Shown piece after piece: positions 1-5,894 of a stretch of 34,276 nucleotides of DNA. The notes beneath the pieces are model-generated. The model searched no databases and was not told the DNA's origin. It saw only the letters and a program-made list of their open reading frames with translations. The position numbers and the translations under genes are program-made. Position 1 is the first letter of the stretch. Each line of letters opens with the position of its first letter. The stretch is from a virus (Duplodnaviria > Caudoviricetes), in the IMG/VR virus record IMGVR_UViG_3300037440_000173, positions 1 through 34,276 of that record. The stretch is one strand, 5' to 3'.

Positions 1-128
1 TTGCTATGGACCGCCACCCGGGCCTCTAAGGGGGGTGCCGCAGAAGGGAAAGCGGCGGGCCCGGGCGGCGGCGTTTGTCGGGGCGGGTGCCGGGAGCTAG
101 GCGAGTCGCCGGCGTCCCACCCCGCCGT

Positions 129-266
129 CTAGGGCGAGGACGTGTATCGCCGTATGCCTATCCAGGTCAGGTGGTGAGAATGCGGCGATGGATCGCTGCA
201 ACCGTCACAACGGCGGAACGAAAGCCGCTGCTTCACCTCGTGGATTAGCCGCCTGATCATTCGCAT
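129..266 (-). CDS. small hypothetical protein, possible Zn-binding (CDGC...HSHH)
   Basis: 3' part of ORF 129..635. ATG at 266 overlaps the upstream TGA (TGATG) and follows an AAGGAG RBS. Confidence 0.55.
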   Translation of the reverse strand: MRMIRRLIHEVKQRLSFRRCDGCSDPSPHSHHLTWIGIRRYTSSP

Positions 267-400
267 CACTTCTCCTTGTGTGAGTCCTCGCGTGGTGTGT
301 CGCCGAACGGGTGCCCGTCGCGGTACGCCAGCGCCACCGCCAGTGCGACAGCGAGCAGGAGCCCGGCGACCACGCCGAGGCCGAACGACACGGCGTTCAC
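266..400 (-). CDS. 44-aa membrane peptide (MNAVSFGLGVVAGLLLAVALAVALAYRDG...)
   Basis: Read by hand, not in the ORF track. GTGA overlap with the stop of 397..660 and TGATG overlap downstream; one hydrophobic helix. Confidence 0.6.
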   Translation of the reverse strand: MNAVSFGLGVVAGLLLAVALAVALAYRDGHPFGDTPREDSHKEK

Positions 401-660
401 GGCGCGGCCTCGTACTTGCGGGCGAAGTAGTCGGGCTCAACGGGCCAGTGGTCGGTAAGGTCGCCGGGGTTGCGGACGATCCAATGCCCGATCGGAACTG
501 GTACCCAGCCCTGGGCTCCGTTCGCACCAGCGCGCAACTCCAGCCCCCATTCGGGTGCTCGCGATCGGATCGGGGCGTCAAACTTGAGGACTGCGCCCAA
601 GTTGTCGCCGGTCCACTGCACGGCTTCGATCTCACTGGGCTTGCTGCGATATCTGTTCAC
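397..660 (-). CDS. phage hypothetical protein (KPSEIEAVQWTG...GHWIVR type)
   Basis: The motif pattern is common in phage early genes; start and stop are coupled to both neighbours. Confidence 0.75.
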   Translation of the reverse strand: MNRYRSKPSEIEAVQWTGDNLGAVLKFDAPIRSRAPEWGLELRAGANGAQGWVPVPIGHWIVRNPGDLTDHWPVEPDYFARKYEAAP

Positions 661-911
661 ACCGTCACCCCTTCCCGCTCGGCGAGCCGTGCCCGCAGCG
701 TCGCGATCTCGAACTCGTACGCCTGGCGCTGCCGGTCAGCCGCCGCCCGCACCGCCGCCAGCTCGCGGTAAAGGTCGGTGCCGGTGATGTAGGCGTCGAC
801 GAGCCTGCCGAGTGCGGCGGCGTGCTCTTCGCGGGTGGCGGTCCAGCCGTGGTCAGTTTGGATGCGCTGGGCGTAGTCGGCGAGCTGGGCTTGCAACTCT
901 TGGCGCGGCAT
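657..911 (-). CDS. hypothetical coiled-coil protein
   Basis: Start reassigned to ATG 911 (MPRQELQ), which overlaps the stop of 911..1324. Confidence 0.65.
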   Translation of the reverse strand: MPRQELQAQLADYAQRIQTDHGWTATREEHAAALGRLVDAYITGTDLYRELAAVRAAADRQRQAYEFEIATLRARLAEREGVTV

Positions 912-1324
912 CAGGCCACCGCCAACTCGGCTGCAGATTGCACCAGCTCGCGGTAGTAGCCGATCAGCTCCCGCCACACGGCAGGCTCGCCGCGCTTGAT
1001 GAACTCGGGCAGGAGCCGATCAGCCCACAGTCCCGAGCCGTCGTAGTAGCAGTCCTGACCGCCGAGGTATGAGCACGACCCATGCAGCCATTCGCCCTCA
1101 TAGGTCGGCGTGAGCCAGTGGTGGCCGACGTCGGACCCGGTCGGGTAGATATCTGCTATGCGCGGCGACATCTTCTCGCCGGGCACCCATCCGGCGCTGA
1201 ACGCGAACTGCACGGCACCATCCGGGCCGGACAGCACGAAGCGGATGCTCATGCCGTGGACGCCCTTGCCTTCGTCGCGCTTGTTATAGCCGGGCTCGAA
1301 GTAGACGGTGCGGCGATAGGTCAT
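911..1324 (-). CDS. phage hypothetical protein (CSYLGGQDCYYDGSGL motif)
   Basis: Clean ORF with a GAAGGGGG RBS and protein-like composition. Confidence 0.75.
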   Translation of the reverse strand: MTYRRTVYFEPGYNKRDEGKGVHGMSIRFVLSGPDGAVQFAFSAGWVPGEKMSPRIADIYPTGSDVGHHWLTPTYEGEWLHGSCSYLGGQDCYYDGSGLWADRLLPEFIKRGEPAVWRELIGYYRELVQSAAELAVA

Positions 1325-1343
1325 CGGTTCCCCCCTTCTTGTG

Positions 1344-1436
1344 TCAGGTCGGCCAGGTCCAGCCGGTGATCCAGGCGAGCAGTTGCGCGGCGAGCACGGC
1401 GGCCACGGCCAGCGGCGCGAACGGGCGGCGGGTCAC
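1344..1436 (-). CDS. 30-aa membrane peptide
   Basis: GTG at 1436 overlaps the upstream stop; hydrophobic stretch FAPLAVAAVLAAQLLAWITGW. Confidence 0.5.
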   Translation of the reverse strand: MTRRPFAPLAVAAVLAAQLLAWITGWTWPT

Positions 1437-1651
1437 GACTCGTCCTTGTACTGGAAGATGTCCTCGCCGTACGGCACGAACTTCACGGTCATCTGAAAGC
1501 CGATCGCGTACCGCAACGCCTCGATCTCGGTGGCGAACACCCGAACGGAAGACCCGTCGTGGTAGAGCGCGACCCACGACCCGGTCCACTTCTCGGGCTC
1601 AAGGTCGACGCCCAGGCGCCTCAGCGCGTAGCGCACGTCCTGATCGTTCAT
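1433..1651 (-). CDS. hypothetical protein (MNDQDVRYAL...)
   Basis: ATG at 1651 with GAAGGGGAAG RBS and ATGA overlap. Confidence 0.7.
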   Translation of the reverse strand: MNDQDVRYALRRLGVDLEPEKWTGSWVALYHDGSSVRVFATEIEALRYAIGFQMTVKFVPYGEDIFQYKDES

Positions 1652-1761
1652 ATCTGCTTCCCCTTCGGTTTCGACGGCGGCGGGATCGGCTTGGACGGCG
1701 GCGGTTTCGGGTGCGGACGGCCGTCGATCGGCGGCTTGGGCTTGGAGCCGTTTCCACTCAT
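1648..1761 (-). CDS. 37-aa Pro/Lys-rich peptide (MSGNGSKPKPPIDGRPHPKPPPSKPIPPPSKPKGKQI)
   Basis: Fills the gap exactly, with ATGA overlaps at both ends. Confidence 0.5.
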   Translation of the reverse strand: MSGNGSKPKPPIDGRPHPKPPPSKPIPPPSKPKGKQI

Positions 1762-2960
1762 GGCTGCTCCACCTCGGCATCGGTCGTTTGGGTATCGGCC
1801 GCACCCTGGCCGAGGTGGATGTCTCTGGCGGCCCGCCATAACTGCTTCAGCAGTTCCTTGCTGACGATGCGCAGCGCGTCGGCGTGGCGGTGCGCATCGG
1901 ACCATGGCGAACCGGGCTGTGCGGGTTTGCCGGACGGTCCACAGCGGACGCATTCGGTGGCGTGGGCGCGGCCTTCGGTGGCGGCTTTCCGCTTGTCGTA
2001 GGTTTCGCGGTTGCCTGCTTTGAGCATGGAGCCGGCGATGTTCCAGGCCCGCATTTTGGCGGTGCTGGACCAGTTGGCTCGTTGGCCTTTCTTGCGGCGG
2101 GCAGCGACGTTCGCGCGCTGAGCATCGGTAGTTCTCTGGTCGCTGCTCGCCGCCGCCCCATCGGCGACCGCAGTGTGGGAATCGGAGGCCGTATGGCCGA
2201 CGGGGAGTGTGTGCAACCCGCAGTAAGCCCACAGCTCGGACACGGTGCGCGGGCGGTCGTGCAGATAGTTCCAGTACGGGTCGCCGATCGCGGCGAGCAG
2301 CCGGGCGGCCTGCTTCTCCCCGACACCCTTCTGCGCTTTGACCCACGGGCCGAGCGGGTGCCGCCGCATGGCGCGTTGCAGGTTCAACGTCGCCTCGTGC
2401 TCGAGGCGGGCGAGCCCGTCGACGATGTTGGCGAGCCGGGCCACGTCGGGGTGGTCCTCGGTGAGTCCGAATCCGCGGACTTCGCCGTCCTCGTCGGGTT
2501 CGTCGCGGGTGAGTTGGCGTAGTCGGTTCTCGTTGGCGATGCGGGTGCGTTCGAGGTCGTCTACGACGTCGGCGGCGAGGGCGAGGGTGGGATCAGCCAG
2601 CGCAACGTCAATGGGCGTCGGCAACGTCATGGCTGACTGACCCTGCTCGCCCGCCGAACCCGGCGAATGGGCATTGGGCTGCGAAGCATGTATGGCCGGG
2701 TCGGCGGTGTCCGTGCCCCCAACGGCGATTCGTGATTGGTCGTCGACAGGGCGATGGCCGTTAGGGGAGTCTGGCGGCAGCGGCGAATCATCCTTGGGTT
2801 CCGGTTCAACGATGGCCGCTGCCGTGTCTTGTGCCCGAACCGGCGGGTGTTCCATGGATGCGGCAGAACCTTTGGCCGGCTCGGGAGCCTGCTCCGGGCC
2901 GACGTCGACTCCTTGGTCATCGGCATGACGATGGCCGGCCCGGAAATCTGTGGTGGTCAT
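1758..2960 (-). CDS. IS110/IS116 C-terminal (Nop-like) domain protein without RuvC; candidate nuclease-less Tas protein. Conserved part starts at ATG 2630.
   Basis: Coiled coil DDLERTRIANENRLRQL, HhH-like KGVGEKQAARLLAAIGDP, SELWAYCGL, RRKKGQRANWS and terminal HADALRIVSKELLKQLW. No DEDD RuvC domain. Associated with dual-spacer repeats. Confidence 0.8.
   Translation of the reverse strand: MTTTDFRAGHRHADDQGVDVGPEQAPEPAKGSAASMEHPPVRAQDTAAAIVEPEPKDDSPLPPDSPNGHRPVDDQSRIAVGGTDTADPAIHASQPNAHSPGSAGEQGQSAMTLPTPIDVALADPTLALAADVVDDLERTRIANENRLRQLTRDEPDEDGEVRGFGLTEDHPDVARLANIVDGLARLEHEATLNLQRAMRRHPLGPWVKAQKGVGEKQAARLLAAIGDPYWNYLHDRPRTVSELWAYCGLHTLPVGHTASDSHTAVADGAAASSDQRTTDAQRANVAARRKKGQRANWSSTAKMRAWNIAGSMLKAGNRETYDKRKAATEGRAHATECVRCGPSGKPAQPGSPWSDAHRHADALRIVSKELLKQLWRAARDIHLGQGAADTQTTDAEVEQP
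1768..1819 (-). ncRNA. TIGR-like unit at the 3' end of the Tas-like gene
   Basis: tccacctcgg CCA gggtgcggc CG atac CCA aacgaccga TG ccgaggtgga, with a perfect 10-bp stem. Confidence 0.8.
2094..2205 (-). ncRNA. two intragenic TIGR-like units
   Basis: 2156-2205: ccccgtcgg CCA tacggcctc CG attc CCA cactgcggt CG ccgatgggg. 2094-2153: ...gcagcga CCA gagaactac CG atgc TCA gcgcgcgaa CG tcgctgc... Confidence 0.8.
2651..2944 (-). ncRNA. tandem array of five stem-loop dual-spacer units (TIGR-like guide array)
   Basis: Units at 2893-2944, 2834-2885, 2775-2824, 2716-2767 and 2651-2707. Each has a 9-13 bp stem closing CCA-N9-CG-N4-CCA-N9-CG (one unit has CC for the first CG). Period is 58-62 bp. Confidence 0.85.
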
Positions 2961-3406
2961 GCGAGGTCACCCACCGTCTGCTTGCGGGACTTCTTCAGCA
3001 GCGCGGCGAGCGAGTCCCACTCCTCGGCCTTAGCCAGCAACCGCGCCGCCTGCTCCCGGTCCATCGACGCCTGGAACAAGCAGTCGTCCACCGTGAAATC
3101 ACGTAGCAGCTTCTGCCCGTCCGCGGTGCCGTACCGCTGGTTCAACTGGCGGCGCCACCACTCGCGGATGCCGTCCCGCTTCTGCGACTTGTTCCCCGGC
3201 TTCCCACCGCCCCCGCCGTCGCTGATGGATGGGCGCATGGTTGCGAAGCGGACCCGGACGAACTCGGTCAACGCTTCGATGAACGCGCCCTCGGTGTGCT
3301 CGTCGGGGATGCGGGCGCGGACCTCCTTGGCCACCTGTTGGTGGTCGGTGAGGTTGGTCGTGTGGTGCACCTCGCGGACGAGGGCGGAAAGATCGAACTG
3401 TGTCAT
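2957..3406 (-). CDS. hypothetical helical protein directly upstream of the Tas-like gene
   Basis: GAGGAG RBS; the stop overlaps ATG 2960. Confidence 0.8.
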   Translation of the reverse strand: MTQFDLSALVREVHHTTNLTDHQQVAKEVRARIPDEHTEGAFIEALTEFVRVRFATMRPSISDGGGGGKPGNKSQKRDGIREWWRRQLNQRYGTADGQKLLRDFTVDDCLFQASMDREQAARLLAKAEEWDSLAALLKKSRKQTVGDLA

Positions 3407-3426
3407 GGTGATCTACTCCTAAGTGG

Positions 3427-3687
3427 TTAGGGCCGAGCCGACGACGGATGCATGGATAGCGGTGGCACGGTGGTCGGCTCGGTGGCCGGCGGGGAAGTAG
3501 TTCCGGTGATGCGGCGAGCGAACGGCAGCAGCATCACGATGTAGAGCACGTCAGGGTCTTCGTCATCCAGTTCGCCGGCCTCGTATGCGCAGAGGAATTC
3601 GGCCAGCGACATGCCGAGTAGCTCGGAGACTCTGCGCTCGACGAGCGCCTGCCCCTCCTCCGGGCTGAGTTCCACAACGCCGCTCAT
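3427..3687 (-). CDS. hypothetical protein (LGMSLAEFL..YEAGEL)
   Basis: ATG at 3687 overlaps the HTH gene stop, with a GGAGG RBS. The C-terminal tail is encoded by a repeat unit. Confidence 0.65.
   Translation of the reverse strand: MSGVVELSPEEGQALVERRVSELLGMSLAEFLCAYEAGELDDEDPDVLYIVMLLPFARRITGTTSPPATEPTTVPPLSMHPSSARP
3433..3482 (-). ncRNA. isolated TIGR-like unit
   Basis: ccgagccga CCA ccgtgccac CG ctat CCA tgcatccgt CG tcggctcgg, with a perfect 9-bp stem. Confidence 0.8.
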
Positions 3688-3887
3688 GCCGACTTCGCCT
3701 CCTGCCGCTGGCGCCGGAGTTGCCACAGCTCGATCTCTGTCGGGTCGTAGACGTAGGCGCCGGTCTCGCCTGGGAGCTTCATCGCGGGCAGCTCGCCCGC
3801 TTCGGCCATGCGCTGAACGGTGCGAATGCTCTTGCCGAGCATCGTGGCCACCTGTGGCGAGGTAAGCAGTTGGCGTCGTTCGGTCAT
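3684..3887 (-). CDS. HTH DNA-binding protein (excisionase/Cro-like, HTH_17 type)
   Basis: LLTSPQVATMLGKSIRTVQRMAEAGELPAMK; first gene divergent from the repressor. Confidence 0.85.
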   Translation of the reverse strand: MTERRQLLTSPQVATMLGKSIRTVQRMAEAGELPAMKLPGETGAYVYDPTEIELWQLRRQRQEAKSA

Positions 3888-3894
3888 GTCAGCT

Positions 3895-3924
3895 ATCTTG
3901 CTACGTATGTCGCAGCCGCGTCAA
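3895..3924 (-). promoter_or_regulatory. leftward early promoter, probably giving a leaderless transcript
   Basis: TTGACG-N18-CAAGAT, 7 nt before ATG 3887; no SD. Confidence 0.6.
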
Positions 3925-3960
3925 GTGCTCAAGACCACAAACTTTCGTGTCCTGTGGGTA

Positions 3961-3990
3961 TTGACGCAACTGCGCCATGCAACGTACGGT
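3961..3990 (+). promoter_or_regulatory. repressor promoter, probably giving a leaderless transcript
   Basis: TTGACG-N18-TACGGT, 6 nt before ATG 3997. Confidence 0.65.
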
Positions 3991-3996
3991 GAACAC

Positions 3997-4389
3997 ATGA
4001 CGGAGCTACTAACGCATCAGCAGGGCGTGATTCCGCCATGGACGCAGGGGTGGCGCCTACAGCGCTCCCTCGCGCACGCGGGCATGACGACTGAGGACAT
4101 GGCCGACGAACTCGGCGTGGCTCGGTCGACCGTCAGCCGCTGGTGCAACGACAAAGGGCGGCCAACTAAGGGCTACCTCAAGCTGTGGGCACTGCGAACG
4201 GGCGTCTCGATGGACTGGCTGACCGAATCGAAGCTGGATATACCCGCTCGAAACAACCTATCTGCTGGTATACCCGTTCAACCCGCGACTCCCGGTCACG
4301 CCATCATCGACAACGACATCACCCGCCGGATGCGTAAGCGCATCCCGCTGAACCCCGCGCTCGCGCTCGTCCTGAGGATGGCGTCATGA
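3997..4389 (+). CDS. immunity repressor (XRE HTH)
   Basis: IPPWTQGWRLQRS...DMADELGVARSTVSRWCND...LKLWALRTGVSMDWL, typical of actinophage repressors. Start reassigned to 3997. Confidence 0.85.
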   Translation: MTELLTHQQGVIPPWTQGWRLQRSLAHAGMTTEDMADELGVARSTVSRWCNDKGRPTKGYLKLWALRTGVSMDWLTESKLDIPARNNLSAGIPVQPATPGHAIIDNDITRRMRKRIPLNPALALVLRMAS

Positions 4390-4628
4390 TTCGCGCTCTC
4401 TGGGATCTCGTTCGCAACCCGCCACTGGAGTTCGTCGACTTCGTTGACGATGAAGAGACGGTCGTAGACCGCTTCACCGTCACGCGACGCGAGCGGCTAG
4501 AGATCATGAAGCCGCATTGGTGGTACACCACTCTGGCACGAGAGCTGCCCTGTGGCTGCACCCGCCGCTGGTGGGGCAGGTTCACGCTCTACAACGCCGC
4601 ATGCCAGAAGCACATGGAGATGCCATGA
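4386..4628 (+). CDS. hypothetical protein
   Basis: ATGA overlaps at both ends; CGC and C..H residues. Confidence 0.6.
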   Translation: MIRALWDLVRNPPLEFVDFVDDEETVVDRFTVTRRERLEIMKPHWWYTTLARELPCGCTRRWWGRFTLYNAACQKHMEMP

Positions 4629-4864
4629 CCGAGGACAAGTCCATGACGCCGTCGGAGCACTGGAAAGTGCTTGAGAATCCGCGTCAGCTCATCATCCCCG
4701 ACGGGCCGCGCCTCATCAGCTATGAATTCCCGTTGCGCCCCAACTTAACAGTGAACCTGTGGTTTCCCGATGACATGACCGAGGCGGACGCGGAGCGCGT
4801 TGCTGCATTCGTGCGCGCTCTGGCTATTCGGCCCACCCCGGCATCCCCCGAACGGACCATTTAG
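4625..4864 (+). CDS. hypothetical protein (YEFPLRP...DMTEADAERVAAFVRAL)
   Basis: ATG at 4625 overlaps the previous stop. Confidence 0.65.
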   Translation: MTEDKSMTPSEHWKVLENPRQLIIPDGPRLISYEFPLRPNLTVNLWFPDDMTEADAERVAAFVRALAIRPTPASPERTI

Positions 4865-4867
4865 ATC

Positions 4868-5821
4868 ATGACCGGCGATCTTGCTCTTCCAACAATCCCA
4901 AGTCAGGAGTATGGTCACGCGAATCTTGGGGGGGCCGAGACGAACGGCCAGGGGGAAGCGGTGTTCGGGGGGCACGACCACACCGAGACATGGGCGGCAG
5001 CCATCGACGGCTGGACCACCTCACTACGAGTCAGCAAGTCAGCCACCACGATCCGCCAGCGCCGCTGGCAGCTACGTAAGCTTGCCGAGACCTACCCGCG
5101 GCGGAACCCGTTCAAGCTGAACCTGGACCAGCTGGAGGAGTGGCTGGGCGGGCAGGACTGGAACGCCGAATCCCGCAAGTCCGCCCGCGGTGCGGTCAGG
5201 TCGTTCTACGGCTGGGCGGTCAAGACCGGCCGGGCCAAGCGGAACCCGGCGGAGAAGCTGGATCCGATCACGGTGCCGCGGCGGCTGCCCCGCCCCGCCT
5301 CTGATGCGGTGCTGCTGGCCGCGCTCGACGGCGCCGATGATCGGCTGACGTTGATGCTGCTGCTGGCGGCGCAGGGCGGGCTGCGGGTGCACGAGATCGC
5401 CGGGCTGCGCTGGGACAGCATCGACGGCGACTGGCTCATCATCCCCGGCAAGCGGGGCACCGAACGGCGTGTCGGTATCGCGGCTCGGCTGGGTGCCGCG
5501 CTGACCGCGGAGCAGGCCCGCCGTGCCTCTGGCCACCTGGGTTCGGGGTTCCGGTACGGGCTGGGCGACCCCGACGTGTTCGTGTTCCCCGGCAAGCGCG
5601 GCGGCATGACCCCCACGTGGGTGTCGTCGCTGATCTCGGCCGCGCTCGGCGACGGCACGACGCCGCACCAGTTGCGGCACCGCGCCGCCACTCACGCGCT
5701 GGACGAGACCGGCGACCTGGCCGCGGTGCAGGACTTCCTCGGCCACGCCAAACCTGAGACCACCCGCATCTATGCACGGAGCAGCGACCGCGCCCTGCGG
5801 CGCGTCGCCGACTCGCTATAG
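4868..5821 (+). CDS. int: tyrosine integrase, short type with no obvious arm-binding domain
   Basis: Catalytic set R (GLRVHE), K (GKRG), HxxR (HQLRH), H (LGH) and Y (TRIY); SAM-like core-binding region. Start uncertain. Confidence 0.93.
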   Translation: MTGDLALPTIPSQEYGHANLGGAETNGQGEAVFGGHDHTETWAAAIDGWTTSLRVSKSATTIRQRRWQLRKLAETYPRRNPFKLNLDQLEEWLGGQDWNAESRKSARGAVRSFYGWAVKTGRAKRNPAEKLDPITVPRRLPRPASDAVLLAALDGADDRLTLMLLLAAQGGLRVHEIAGLRWDSIDGDWLIIPGKRGTERRVGIAARLGAALTAEQARRASGHLGSGFRYGLGDPDVFVFPGKRGGMTPTWVSSLISAALGDGTTPHQLRHRAATHALDETGDLAAVQDFLGHAKPETTRIYARSSDRALRRVADSL

Positions 5822-5824
5822 ACC

Positions 5825-5894
5825 CCTGCCGGCGGGAAGGTGTTCCCCGGCCCGCCGGCAGGCCAAACCCAGGGGAACGCAGAAGGGGAACACC
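5825..5894 (+). promoter_or_regulatory. 12-bp hairpin whose loop is complementary to the downstream RBS
   Basis: Stem cctgccggcggg/cccgccggcagg; loop GGTGTTCCCC is the reverse complement of GGGGAACACC at 5885-5894. Confidence 0.55.

Noticed and set aside
418-435. Possible self-target of unit 2094-2153 (gagaactacttcgcgcgc vs cccgactacttcgcccgc)
   Set aside because: Only 13 of 18 positions match, which is expected by chance in 34 kb of high-GC DNA. No full self-target was found by eye, but the search was not exhaustive.
2651-2944. CRISPR array
   Set aside because: No identical direct repeats, variable segments are only 9 nt, and there are no cas genes in the window.
1758-2960. Calling this an IS110 insertion sequence or transposase pseudogene
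   Set aside because: There is no DEDD RuvC domain and no recognisable catalytic SG loop. The ORF is intact and coupled within a phage operon, and the associated multi-unit guide pattern fits a Tas-like gene better.
4240-4270. tRNA fragment as the attP core
   Set aside because: Only CTCGAA resembles a reversed T-loop; no acceptor or T stem can be built.
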